A DNA stretch of 64,000 bases from Nitrososphaerales archaeon (GTDB taxonomy: Archaea > Thermoproteota > Nitrososphaeria > Nitrososphaerales > UBA213), in contig CBDAOC010000020.1 of assembly GCA_965197925.1 (NCBI GenBank), positions 736,001 to 800,000 of the forward strand, given 5' to 3'. Below, piece by piece: positions 34,677-46,168 of this stretch (position 1 is its first letter; each line of letters opens with the position of its first letter). Position numbers and translations under genes: made by a program. Below the pieces are notes generated by a model. The model was not told the DNA's origin and did no database searches. It saw nothing but the letters and a program-made list of their open reading frames with translations.

Positions 34677-34878
34677 ATTACACTTAGCTTGTACAACACC
34701 TTGGCGCAATGAAATCTCTGGTCGCATTATGCATATGCCTGCTATCTGAGGTCTGACTTTAGGACTGCCCGCCAAGTCAACCAAACTGCGGGTTGAGAAT
34801 ATTGTTCGCTTTTTCTTTACGCTTTCTTCTTTTTCATTCAATTTCCCTTGATTTGACCCATTAACTTTCTGAGGATAA

Positions 34879-36873
34879 CTAATCAATGTACTTGATAACC
34901 CTCCCTATAATGATGTCAAGGTCAATCTGATTCATTTCACTCATATCCTTCAGGTCGTTCATCTTCATCAGTTTGTTTGTAACGGTATACAAGACATCTC
35001 CGATGTAGAAGGATCTACTTCCATATCCACCATATCCACGTTGAAGGAACGGATCGAACTCAGCGTTTGAATGGTCAACCTTCCCATTCAATGAAAATCC
35101 ATCTTCAGCATCAACTCCAAGAATGTAGAAACCATTCCACCCCTTTGGCTCATTGTACGTACCTTCCTCTTGCACTTTTAGAGTATTGAACTCTAGAGGA
35201 ATGGAAAGGACATCCTTCTTTTTATCGAAGAAGAAAGCTTTGTGATCGTATAAAGCCTCAGAATTCGTGGTTCTATCTCCTATAGTGAACACATCTACCT
35301 CTAAGGGATTGGATACGTCAGATACGTCAAATAGAGCTATCTTAATTCCTAGTGTAGCAACACCTCCTCTGTTGTTCTCTTTCGTATCCCTGCCTAAACC
35401 AATTATATGATTCTCATCGTATGGATGAAGGTAGTTTGAGAATCCAGGTATCTTTAGGTATCCAAGAACTTTTGGATTATTTTCGGAAAGATCTATTACG
35501 AAGAAAGGATCCACTTGCCTAAAGGTTACCAAATATAATTTATCACCCATGAATCTTGCAGAGTAGATTCTTTCATCGGATGCTATCTCTTCAAGCTTGC
35601 CCACAATTTCAAGATCTTCATCAAGTACGTAGATGTTGCTGTGCATGATTGTACCTTTAGGTGTGTATAATTCCGATGTTGTTGCAATTCTGAACTTGTT
35701 ATCAAATTCGTCCATGGAGAATTGATTAAGCACATGTCCAGGTACCTCTACACTTGAAGCATAATTCAGAGAGAGCCTGTCAATTGCTATCTTATGTATG
35801 ACTGTTCTCTCTCTCTCTTCTGCTAGAATTTCATACTCGTCCATGTAGTAACTGTAAGGATGATATTGATGATATTTTGGATAAGTTATGTAAATACCCT
35901 CTTCAGACACATATATCGTGCCAGTAGAATCCATCATGAATGTATCCGCATTGATCTTATCTCCAAAGATGTCAATAGCAGTAACAGTATTGAATGTATG
36001 GTAAAGTTCGTCGTCAAAGTAGTATACGTCGGGAGTTAGTATCGTATTTGACGATTCCATTACAGAGGGCAGTATTGGACTGTCATAATCGACATTGCTT
36101 CTGGCAATAAAGTAAACGTGATCTCCAATCATTCTAGCATCGTGATAATTCCCTCTCACACTGTAATTCTTAACAACTTTTGGATTTTCTATATCAGAGA
36201 TATCAAGCACCATCGCATTTGTATTGGTTGAGCTGCTTTGATAAAAGATAATCAGTCTGTCCTTTTTCAAGAACATGTTTTGAAGGTTTTGCTTTTGGAC
36301 TTCCAGACCAATCTTCGTAACTATAGTCGCGTTCTGTGGAGGATAAGCGTCTATTATGGTTAATTTATTTTTTGATAAGATGTAGACATACTTTCCATCA
36401 TTTTTTAGGAAGTCTGGTTCGTCTACACTTTGAACCTGTACATTAGTGGTTGAAAAGTCTACTAGTTCTGAACCGAACTGCCGTGAATTTTTCGCTGAAA
36501 CCACTTCCGCTGAAGCCGCTTCCGCTACTACAACCGCTTCCTCTGAAACAAGTTCGAGGAAGTAACCTCTACCATTGAACCTCTGTGTTTCTTGGACGTT
36601 TAGCAGAAATCTTTTCAATTCATCCTCGGAAGAGAACTTCTTTGGTTTATGGGTGGACTCGAACAAAAATGGGAGGATTCCTTCAGAAAGCTTCTCAATC
36701 TTCATCGATAATTCAACTCCACCTATCTTCCTGACCTTGTCAATGGAGCTATCAGCATCTGGCAAATTTCCACTTTGGACCATCAATCCTGACTGAACAG
36801 ACATTCCTGCTACTAGCAAGCCTGCCAATACTATCGGTATTGCATATTCTCTTAATTTTCCCTTCATTTCCAT
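34879..36873 (-). CDS. Secreted beta-propeller domain protein (COG4880-like)
   Basis: STTNVQVQSVDEPDFLKNDG, LNQFSMDE, ERIYSARF, VTFRQVDPFFVIDL, LKIPGFSNYLHP. Confidence 0.88.
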   Translation of the reverse strand: MEMKGKLREYAIPIVLAGLLVAGMSVQSGLMVQSGNLPDADSSIDKVRKIGGVELSMKIEKLSEGILPFLFESTHKPKKFSSEDELKRFLLNVQETQRFNGRGYFLELVSEEAVVVAEAASAEVVSAKNSRQFGSELVDFSTTNVQVQSVDEPDFLKNDGKYVYILSKNKLTIIDAYPPQNATIVTKIGLEVQKQNLQNMFLKKDRLIIFYQSSSTNTNAMVLDISDIENPKVVKNYSVRGNYHDARMIGDHVYFIARSNVDYDSPILPSVMESSNTILTPDVYYFDDELYHTFNTVTAIDIFGDKINADTFMMDSTGTIYVSEEGIYITYPKYHQYHPYSYYMDEYEILAEERERTVIHKIAIDRLSLNYASSVEVPGHVLNQFSMDEFDNKFRIATTSELYTPKGTIMHSNIYVLDEDLEIVGKLEEIASDERIYSARFMGDKLYLVTFRQVDPFFVIDLSENNPKVLGYLKIPGFSNYLHPYDENHIIGLGRDTKENNRGGVATLGIKIALFDVSDVSNPLEVDVFTIGDRTTNSEALYDHKAFFFDKKKDVLSIPLEFNTLKVQEEGTYNEPKGWNGFYILGVDAEDGFSLNGKVDHSNAEFDPFLQRGYGGYGSRSFYIGDVLYTVTNKLMKMNDLKDMSEMNQIDLDIIIGRVIKYID

Positions 36874-37015
36874 CCACGTATATAAGATAGCGGTGATTCT
36901 AAACCTAGGTTTTAGTACAAGGCTCCTGCCTCTGTTCGACTGTTTTGAACAGGAAGTTTCACTGGGATTTCTTCGTTAGAGTTAAGGCCTACCTTAAATT
37001 CTATAATGTCGGACG

Positions 37016-37474
37016 ATGAAAATGGGGAGCCCTGACCAAGATCCTAGTGATTGTATAAAAAAGGAACTGAAAGGTAAGACCTTAGATGTCTACTTTTACA
37101 TGCTAGATAAGGACCAGCCAGTTGGTGTGAGAGAGATACAACGAGCCCTAAACTTCAAAAGCCCAGGCATTGCTCAATATCACATACAGAGACTGTTTGA
37201 ATGGAAATTGGTCGGACAGGACAATTACGGCATGTATTATCTGCTATACAAGCTTACACCGCGAGATTTTAGAAGAATTTTTGGCAGACTGGTGCCCAAA
37301 ATGCTACTTTATGCTGTATTCTTCACCAACCTTTTAGTAACTTATGCAGGTCTGTCATTCAATATCCTTCCTAATCCACAGTCTTTCAACATCTTTGCAA
37401 TAGGTTTTGGAATCGCCGGCGCAACCATATTCTGGTTTGAAACAGTGAGAGCTTGGAAAAGGAGGGCGTTCTAA
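37016..37474 (+). CDS. Winged-HTH protein with two C-terminal TM helices (membrane-bound regulator)
   Basis: LKGKTLDVY...PVGVREIQRALNFKSPGIAQYHIQRL followed by two hydrophobic helices. Confidence 0.8.
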   Translation: MKMGSPDQDPSDCIKKELKGKTLDVYFYMLDKDQPVGVREIQRALNFKSPGIAQYHIQRLFEWKLVGQDNYGMYYLLYKLTPRDFRRIFGRLVPKMLLYAVFFTNLLVTYAGLSFNILPNPQSFNIFAIGFGIAGATIFWFETVRAWKRRAF

Positions 37475-38520
37475 TGTCTAGTATTATATTATCCGGCCAC
37501 CTTAGAGTATTTGATATGAGCAAGAAGGTTCTTTCTTCATATGCTGCTCTGGGAATGGGCTTGGCTGTGGTGATGGTCTTCGGACTAACTGTCCTCTCAA
37601 TGGTTGTGGATCAACCTTTACAAGATCAGTTCCTAGCTGCTGAGAGTGATTTACCACAAATAACTCCATCGGCACCAGAATTACCCAAGCCTTCAGAGCT
37701 TGAAGGTGTTACACCGCCTGCAAAGAAAGAAGAGAAGGCTGGTGACATGCAAGAGGAGGACCTTACAAAGGAAAAAGTCAGAGTGGAGCCAATAGGCGCT
37801 CAGCCTGCTATCACAAATATGCTGACGGTGGAAGGTCCATTCACGATTACTGTAGACCAATGTCCAGGTGCATCCAATCAGAGCAATGACTGCTTCTTCA
37901 CACCAGATGAAGTGACGATCGATGTAGGTGATACTGTGATTTGGACTAATTCTGATACTGTGACACATACAATAACAAGTGGAGTTGTTAACGATCCAGG
38001 TACTTGGGCTAAATTTTTCGACTCTGGACTAAGCAAACCAGGTTCAACATTTGAACACACATTTGTTACTGCTGGTGAATATCCATACCTCTGTCAATTA
38101 CATCCGTGGGCTGTTGGAATGGTGTTAGCCATTGAAACTATGAAAGAACCGCTCGCTGAATTGCCTGTAATTATTAAACCAGTATTGATAACTAGATCAG
38201 AATTGGTAGATGAGATAGGTAATCCTCTAACTTCTGCTGTTCTTGATACTCCTATTGGGATCGAAACCGAACTTGTGAATATAACAGTCGAAAAGATCGT
38301 GATGACCTATATCATACAGGTGAAAGATTCTGAAGGCGTAGCGGTATTCTTAACATGGATACGTGATTTACCATTACCACCAAACGAAAGTGCTAAACCA
38401 GGAATATTCTGGAAACCTTCAAAATCGGGTGATTATTCTATAGAGGTTTTTGTGTGGGAAAATACCTTTGAACCCACACCCTTGTCTTCTCCCAAAAGAA
38501 TAACAATAAGTGTGGAATAG
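37474..38520 (+). CDS. Membrane-anchored cupredoxin (axial Met replaced by Ala) with C-terminal Ig-like domain
   Basis: TM; HTITSG...YLCQLHPWAVG; YIIQVKD..G...W.P...G.Y.IEVFVWE..EPTPLS. Confidence 0.85.
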   Translation: MSSIILSGHLRVFDMSKKVLSSYAALGMGLAVVMVFGLTVLSMVVDQPLQDQFLAAESDLPQITPSAPELPKPSELEGVTPPAKKEEKAGDMQEEDLTKEKVRVEPIGAQPAITNMLTVEGPFTITVDQCPGASNQSNDCFFTPDEVTIDVGDTVIWTNSDTVTHTITSGVVNDPGTWAKFFDSGLSKPGSTFEHTFVTAGEYPYLCQLHPWAVGMVLAIETMKEPLAELPVIIKPVLITRSELVDEIGNPLTSAVLDTPIGIETELVNITVEKIVMTYIIQVKDSEGVAVFLTWIRDLPLPPNESAKPGIFWKPSKSGDYSIEVFVWENTFEPTPLSSPKRITISVE

Positions 38521-38652
38521 TTTTGATATTAATTCTATGAAGTAAATTTTACGATATAGCGTTTTCTCTCTCTATGATTAACCGCTGAATGGCATAGTCT
38601 TGATAGTTGATATTCTGAATTTGTTAATTCTATTGATAGTGGTGAAATTTGA

Positions 38653-39073
38653 ATGTCTAGTGAAGAGAAACAAGGTAAGATTACTATTAAGATAGAAATA
38701 ATGGATAAGATGGCTACATTGGTGACTGCTTCATTTGGTTTTGTTGCAGCACTAACTTGGAACGAGACTCTCAATATGATATGAGGAATTAGTTGGATCT
38801 GATCCAACTGTGTTGCTTATGGTGATATATGCTGTAATTATAACCATAGTTGCTGTGATTGTTACGATATTAATTGTAAGAGGGAAAGCTAGGGTTATAC
38901 CTACAGTGATAAAAGATCCTGAAAAACGAGACTACTGTCTCCACCTATTTTCTTTTCTTAAACCCGAGTATCTATTCTGTCTGACAAGGACAACACCGGA
39001 AATTGCAGGGCCTGAAAAGAATTTACGAAAGATGAAAGACATTAGAATAAAAAAAGGGAACTTGCCTATCTGA
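38653..39073 (+). pseudogene. DUF5654-like small membrane protein, frameshifted near 38780
   Basis: MATLVTASFGFVAALTWNE, then YAVIITIVAVIVTILI in another frame. Confidence 0.65.
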
Positions 39074-39547
39074 CCCGTAAAATCACGATACACCAATTTG
39101 TAATTACATACACTAGGCAACCATCTGATTTTATGCATTCTTTTAGTAATCAAAATCAGAAACGGTTTGATTTCCAACAATGCGGAAAATCATCCCTAAT
39201 TATCAATTCTAACCAGAAGCAACATTAGATTGAAGCTATATGCCGGAAAATTGTTACTAAAATTATGGAAGCTTCGATGAGAGTTACTGTCAAGAACAAG
39301 AAGCGCCATTGGATTGGTTTAATTGAGATGAGTACAAGAGAACTCATGTTGTATATTGATAGATGAATAAATTAAGTAAAATTTAATCAACCTAAATGGA
39401 TTATTCCTGAAGAAAAAAGGTTTAAGGATTTGAGACTCGAGATTGCAAATACATTTACTAGTAATAAATACAGATTTGAAAAGTTCTCAAATTCTGTTTA
39501 AAATCCTTAAGTAATTGAATTTACTGATCTCTGTCTCTATAAACAAG

Positions 39548-40774
39548 ATGATCTTGGTTAGGATATCAGCAGTGCTACTAGCCAGCGTTATTCTAGTTTT
39601 ACCATTGGGCCAGGCGTTGGCTACCGAGCATGGAAAGCAAACGGCGGGTGGAGGAAAATGGTTTCCAAAGGGAATGCCAAAAGTAGGTACATCATATGAT
39701 ATTTCATTCTCTGGCAGTGCATCCATACCAGCTACAGATATCGTTAAACCTGCATCCGTACACTTATTCTTGAATATTACGGCCATTAAAACTGGGGGAG
39801 TTCCACAGGTTTCTCTAACACTTATCAAAGGAAGTGCAACAATCGGTGATAACACTTACCTCTTTACTAATGGCCAAACGACCATCAAACCAGTAAGTAA
39901 CGTCGACATACAGGGGTATAGTGAAGATAGAACAAATGTTCTGACTGCGTTTGCATCTTTAATGGGACGCTTACCATTATCAACTTCTGATCCATCTTCA
40001 GATATAGGACCAAGTAAATCTAGGCAGACAGTTACAATTCTAGTTGATAACAAAAGCTGGGTTATTAATTATTTCAGCGGGAGTATGAGCGTTTCTACGC
40101 CCACTGAAATTAGAGTACAAACCGAAAAGACAACTTATGATTTTGGAGACTCGGTAAGGATTACTGGAAATGTCACTCGACATGACGAACAGGTTTTCAT
40201 AAATGTAATAAATCCCGAAGGTGAAAGCTTCACTTTTATAACTCCCCCATTTCATCAGACAAGAATTTCAATACGGAATTTATTCTGAAACAAACAACAC
40301 TTGCACCTGATGGGATCTGGACAATTCGCTTGAATTATGCTGATAATATTAGTACTGAGATCAAATTTAATGTTGGAAAGTCTGCGACCTACGAACAGAC
40401 GGTGAATAAAATTGATTCCATAACAGGCAAGAGCATCGCGAATGTTAAGGTTCAAGCCAAACAGATTAAGGACCTTATTATCATACGTGTCAGGAATATG
40501 GAAGATAACGAAATAGATATTCATTCATTTAAGATAATTGTACCTGATTCATCACTGAAGGCCTTCAAAGGGCCTGGAGACTGGACTAAGGAGGGTTTGC
40601 TAGATAATGGAGCAATGTTTTCAGCAACAGATGATCCTATTAAGGTGGATGATAAAGGGTACTTCCTTCTTTAGGGTAGGCGATGTGAAGCCGATAATTC
40701 AATGGGAAGTATACGGTTTAGATAGCACGCCATTGAAAGAAGGTTCAGTTACACCTTTCATGAGAGTAGAGTAA
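39548..40774 (+). pseudogene. Secreted multidomain protein split by two frameshifts (~40245 and ~40670)
   Basis: Signal peptide; Ig-like TEKTTYDFGDSVRITG; continues APDGIWTIRLNY, then RVGDVKPIIQWEVY..EGSVTP in shifted frames. Confidence 0.7.
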
Positions 40775-41252
40775 GCAACTTGCTTTATTTATCACATGAA
40801 ATCATCAACTGTCAATAAACATCCGGCGTAACTTAATTTTCAATTCCCAACCTTCTCGCCATCATTCCCAACTTCATCATTATTGGAGCTACTTGTATCG
40901 AGTATGATGGTTTCAGATAGATCCACAAATAAGTTAAGACTTATTTTTTGGCGATTCTAATTATGTAAGAATATTCTTGACAAACAAGTTAGTCTTCCTT
41001 CTAGCAAAGTGATATCCGCTTTAGCAACTACAAGAGTAGAACTAATCTACTGAAGAGGTGGTTATCTATGTTCATGGGTGCCAAAAAGTTCAACCTGCAG
41101 ATCTACGCAAGGACATTCCAGTTCCTACATAACAACAAACATATGAATATCCATGAGAAATTTATGAAGATATTACCAGTCTTAGTTATAACAACAACAT
41201 TCTACATTATGAGCTACAAGACCTTTATGGCAGGAAAGAGTATATATTAAAT

Positions 41253-43757
41253 ATGTCAAACCTTGAAGGCCCAGACAGAGTAGAGCCGAATGGACAACAT
41301 ACAGGTATGAGGAAGTTAGTATACTTGTTGGCGAGAGTTGAGGAAATTGGTCAGGCCAGTCGATTAAGGTGGCTAACTTTATTCATTCTGTTCATATTAT
41401 TTGTTCCGATCGGATTAATATCGATGTTCTGGCTCTTTGGGCCAATGCAGGGACCTTTCATGGTTATGGTTGTGGGTGCAGGAATTGAGGAAGGATTTAA
41501 TCCCAATTATTTAAGTGTGGATCTGGTTTCCTACTTTACTTCGGCAGCAAGCTACATTTCTTCACCCCATTATGATTTTTTGGCAAAGGTTAACTTACTT
41601 CTTAGCTATCAAGTGGTTTCAATTGCTAGCTTTGATCATGAGACCGGTGGAACGAATTGGAACCTTTCACTAGGTGCCGTAGTGGTTTTAGGAATTGTTG
41701 CGTCATCTTACCATCTTGCCACACACTTCAACATATTGATAGCCCATTTCAAAGTCCAGAGGATGGAACGTAAGAAGAGACAAGCCGCTGGTATTGTTGG
41801 ACCAATTTGTGCAGCTGGAGCAAATACCGGCAACGCATTCATGGCAACGATGATACCATTAGCTTGCTGTGGTGGTACTGGAGTCATCCTGCTTTTCTTC
41901 ACTGCAGCTGGAGTAGGTGCGGTGGGAGGTTATCTATTCAGCATGTTAGGTGGTGCCTTCGCTACAGTCTTTGCAGTACCAACAACGGCTTTAATATTTT
42001 TAATAACCCTTTATCTGGCTAAGAAGTATAAGGGTGAAGTTCGCACAACACACGTACAGAAGGCCTGGAGTAGAAAGGTCTCAATGGCCAAGCTTACAAT
42101 TTATCCCCTAATTTCTGTTCTCTTTATTGCCACATTGGCTGTAGGGCTTTATGTTTACTTTTATCAGCTGCATTACCACAGTCTAGGGTCGGCTGAAATT
42201 GGCTACGATCCAGGAATGTTTGTCTCGTTGGCACCAGCGGCAATGCTACTATCTGGCGCTGCATTATTAGAAGCCAAAAAACTGGGAATACCAAAGTTAA
42301 GATTCAACACTCGTAACATTCAAGTTGCTGGGATGGTTGTAGGTGTGGCAATAGCTCTAGGGTTGACAGGTTTTATTGTATCCACTTCTTACCAATCTAC
42401 CACTGTTCAGGCAGCTCCAGCCTATGACCAGATAATAGTTAACTGGCCTCATATTCATGGACTTGGAATAGATGCCCAAGATTCAAAAACGGTTTATGCT
42501 GCAACTCATAATGGATTGTACAGATGGTCAGAAAGTTCTGAATGGAGTTTTGTAGGTACTGAAAACTTTGATTTTAACTCCTTTATTATGCATCCAAATG
42601 AAAGCAACGTAATGTATGCTAGTGGTCACCCTGCAGGAAATCCAGTGTTGGGTTTGGGATTCATTGGCAGTACCGATGGTGGTTTGACCTGGCAGAAAAT
42701 TTCAGATGTAGTTAGTTCTCCGGTAGATTTTCATGCCTTGGCGATAAGTGCTGCTGATCCGAACCTTATCTATGGTTATCCAAGTCATAGTATAGGGTTG
42801 TTCAAAACCAATGATGGTGGTAAGAGTTGGGAGAAAATAGACTTGCCAGGGAATCCAGCAGTTGTTTCATTGGCTGCTCATCCCAAAGATATCAATCAAG
42901 TAGTCGCGGTGACAGATGATGGAAGACCATTAAAAAGTCTAGATCAAGGCAAGACATGGAAATATGTTAACTGGATGAGTATGGCTTTCACTACAATTGG
43001 ATATGCCAAAGATGGTACATTATACGGATTTGTTACTCAGGACCCTATGGGAATGGGTATGCAGATTCGATTGGTAAAATCACCCGATGGTGGAAAGACC
43101 TGGTCTACAGTGGGCATCAATTTGATAAGGGGAGAAATAATTTCTGCTCTAGCCCTTAGTCCATCAAACCCGGAAACAGTATATGCGGCAAGTAAGCTTG
43201 GAACTCAAGTCAATACAATTTCTAGTGTCTATGGAAGTTTTGATAGTGGTATTACTTTTAATCTGTTTGGAACGGACGACAGATACCACCCAGGTTTGTT
43301 AGGAAGTATAGAAAACATCATTATTCCTGAGGAATATTTGCCTAGATCGATGGGAATTATAGTTGTTCCAGAAGAAGAATCTTCACCTAGAGCGAATTTT
43401 GAGGGGCTTGCAACATTTCTTTTGGAAAACAAGGACATACAGGCAGAGGACTTTATACATCTTTACGACTCGACCCCAAGTAAAATAGGTATTGCACATG
43501 TTGGTGCCACATTGCCTTGTGATGAGAACAATGAGTCTCCTCTTGTCATAGTTACGGGAATTATTCCAGACTTGAAACCTGCAGAAATGGAGTTGGTACT
43601 ACAACAATCTAACACAGGAATGTGTATTTACCATACATTAATTCAACCAGAGGGATTTGATGAAGTAACTGATATCGCAATCTTCAACCCAACAGGCAAG
43701 GGTTTAAGATTACCGGAAACAAGCTTAGTTTCAATTAGCCTTAGTGAACTAAAATAA
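41253..43757 (+). CDS. Large fusion: polytopic membrane domain, BNR/Asp-box beta-propeller and C-terminal domain
   Basis: TM region with LACCGG; HIHGLG; repeated S.DGG.TW boxes; C-terminal DFIHLYDSTP...HV.ATLPCD. Confidence 0.8.
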   Translation: MSNLEGPDRVEPNGQHTGMRKLVYLLARVEEIGQASRLRWLTLFILFILFVPIGLISMFWLFGPMQGPFMVMVVGAGIEEGFNPNYLSVDLVSYFTSAASYISSPHYDFLAKVNLLLSYQVVSIASFDHETGGTNWNLSLGAVVVLGIVASSYHLATHFNILIAHFKVQRMERKKRQAAGIVGPICAAGANTGNAFMATMIPLACCGGTGVILLFFTAAGVGAVGGYLFSMLGGAFATVFAVPTTALIFLITLYLAKKYKGEVRTTHVQKAWSRKVSMAKLTIYPLISVLFIATLAVGLYVYFYQLHYHSLGSAEIGYDPGMFVSLAPAAMLLSGAALLEAKKLGIPKLRFNTRNIQVAGMVVGVAIALGLTGFIVSTSYQSTTVQAAPAYDQIIVNWPHIHGLGIDAQDSKTVYAATHNGLYRWSESSEWSFVGTENFDFNSFIMHPNESNVMYASGHPAGNPVLGLGFIGSTDGGLTWQKISDVVSSPVDFHALAISAADPNLIYGYPSHSIGLFKTNDGGKSWEKIDLPGNPAVVSLAAHPKDINQVVAVTDDGRPLKSLDQGKTWKYVNWMSMAFTTIGYAKDGTLYGFVTQDPMGMGMQIRLVKSPDGGKTWSTVGINLIRGEIISALALSPSNPETVYAASKLGTQVNTISSVYGSFDSGITFNLFGTDDRYHPGLLGSIENIIIPEEYLPRSMGIIVVPEEESSPRANFEGLATFLLENKDIQAEDFIHLYDSTPSKIGIAHVGATLPCDENNESPLVIVTGIIPDLKPAEMELVLQQSNTGMCIYHTLIQPEGFDEVTDIAIFNPTGKGLRLPETSLVSISLSELK

Positions 43758-43932
43758 GTATGATTTTAGGAGCGCCTTAATTAACCAAAATCCTGGATAG
43801 ATTAGGAAAATATTAGAATTCAGCCTATCAAGTTGGATTGATAATTTTCCATTCTTATCACCTAGGAAAATGTAGTCAAATGAATTACCCCCTCGAAATT
43901 GAACTGAAACCATATCGTCGCAACAACTAGCT

Positions 43933-44035
43933 GAGGCTTGGGCGTAAAAGTAGCTCGAAACCATAAGATCAGGATCCAGTTTTTATTGTTGATGTGTTTA
44001 ATTGACACTCGATACTTCGTATATTATTTTTAACT
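43933..44035 (+). mobile_element. Orphan left end of IS family A
   Basis: GAGGCTTGGGCGTAA...AAGATCAGG..TTTTTATTGTTGAT..TCGATACT matches 45056-45155. Confidence 0.75.
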
Positions 44036-45055
44036 GGTTTAATACCAGGTCTTTGGCTTTAGTAATGCGATTTAATAACTATGTTTACAGGTCTTTCAGT
44101 ATTTGTGGTATAATGAATATATTTGATGGTTATTAGCCTGCCTATATGATCATATATGTTACTAATGGTTAGTAACCTCATGAGATTTGTAATCTCTCCC
44201 TATAGCACTAGGAAAAAGATGTTACTATTTCTGTGATAAAAAATGGTATGTATTTAGGTCCTTCCTGAGAATCGAAACGATCAGAACAGGTATCCTATGA
44301 TAGTATGGTGTGAGCAAGCATAAGCATTGGAAGCACTGCGAGCTTCTATCCATAATCAAGGAGAAGATGAAGAGATAGCTGAACTCAAGAAACATTTCGA
44401 CACTACGAGAACTATAATTCTCCACCATCTACCAACTCATTGCCATGGAAGAAAATAAAGAAAGAGAGGAGAGTTGACAGTAACAATAAAGATGAAAGAA
44501 ATCCTGAAGAAAGAATAGTCAAAGTTGTATCACATTCCCTTTTCTGTAAGGTTTCTACTTATTTTACTGTAATGCGTGATCGAGAGTCTTTCTTATCTTT
44601 CAATTCCTCTTCAAACTCTCAGTCATAAGGATAATTTGCAGATATAGCTCATCTGTTAACTTACCTAGTTTGTGCATGGCTTTTGCTCTTGCCTTATCTT
44701 GCTAAAAAATTTCTTCGTCCTTTCTCGTGCCAGCCAAGCCAGTCTTGACATTAGATGCGCATTCCAAGCAGACACTAGTAGAGAAGGGAAAGTTCTTCAT
44801 ACAGTTTTTGCATGTGGGTTTACCGCAAGTTGGACAAGCCTTCGTAACTGTTTCCATATTACATAAGTAACAGAACGACATGCATCACTAAAATATACTT
44901 CTTGCCTAATAGGTTTTGGTCAGGAAGATTAAAATCTATAGATTTGAACGTTGTAAATAGAAGTAAAAAATGTATTGATAATCCATAACATCTTGATTTG
45001 TTATGATGCAGAGCAAAAAATAAAAGTGATGGACTGCAATATTCATCACTTAACT

Positions 45056-46145
45056 GAGGCTTGGGCGTAATTTAGTTCGAAACGATAAGATCAGGTTCTA
45101 GTTTTTATTGTTGATATGTTTAGCTCAGATTCGATACTCCGTATATTATTTTTGATTGATGTGATTCTAGTCAAAACCTAATAGGAAAAGAGGTAGACCA
45201 TTCTACTATTCTCCTACAGTTATGGTAGATGCTTCATCGTTAGAGTATGGGTAAGAATACCAAGCAACAATGCTTTGCATGAATATTTTTCGATAGACAT
45301 GCCATACAACAGGAAGGTAATGAAGGCATGTGGTCTTAATAGGTTGCCAGACAGAAGAACATTCGACAGAAGGTTCAAGGCCATATCAATTGACATAAGA
45401 TCAAGGATAGGTGCTGTGGGTGTGCTCTTCATAAAAGAAGGGTTGGTAGACCCAGCCATAGTATCCGTTGACAGTTCATTGTTGAAAGCAAAGGGACATG
45501 TATGGCATAGATCAAACATGAAGAAGAATGAAGTGCCACGCTCCGGTATAGATACAGATGCTCGATGGGGATTCAGCAGAACCAAGGGATAGGTATTCGG
45601 ATACAAGATGCATCTAGCATCTAGCACAGGTTCGTTGATAGTTCCATTATCAGCTGATTTCACAACAGCTAGCATTACTGATAACAAGATGTATGAAAGC
45701 ATAACATCTTCATTGCCTACAGGAATGGTAAGGTATGTTGTAGGAGATGAAGGATATGATGATCACAAGTTATGTGATTTCAGCAGGTATAGAGGGCATC
45801 CAGTATTCCCATTGGAAAGGTATAGGCATACTACAGATAATAATAGACTGGCATTGCTGCAGTTCTATAACTCTGAATATGGGCAGCATGTATATTCTCG
45901 GAGGAGCATAAGCGTTGAACCATTGATAGAGCATATGAAGGATGTATTTGATATAGACCCACTACCAGTTAGAGGGTTCGATAAAGCTAGGAGCATCGTT
46001 CTGATTTCTATATTGCTATACCAGCTGATGGTATACTACAACTACTTTACAGGAAGACCATTAAGGGCATTGAAGCACATGTTGGGAAGTTAATCAATCA
46101 GAGGCATCAAGTTATTTTTGTTATATGGAATAATGCCCATGCCTC
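45056..46145 (+). mobile_element. IS family A, full-length copy; transposase carries a TGG>TAG stop at 45590
   Basis: IRs GAGGCTTGGGCGTAAT/ATAATGCCCATGCCTC; ORFs 45275-45592 and 45608-46093 are in the same frame. Confidence 0.9.
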
Positions 46146-46168
46146 AATTATTTGTGTTATCCCCAAGT

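Noticed and set aside
34677..34886. Long N-terminal extension of the PEF-tailed cupredoxin
   Set aside because: The signal peptide begins about 70 codons downstream; the extension is probably an open intergenic frame.
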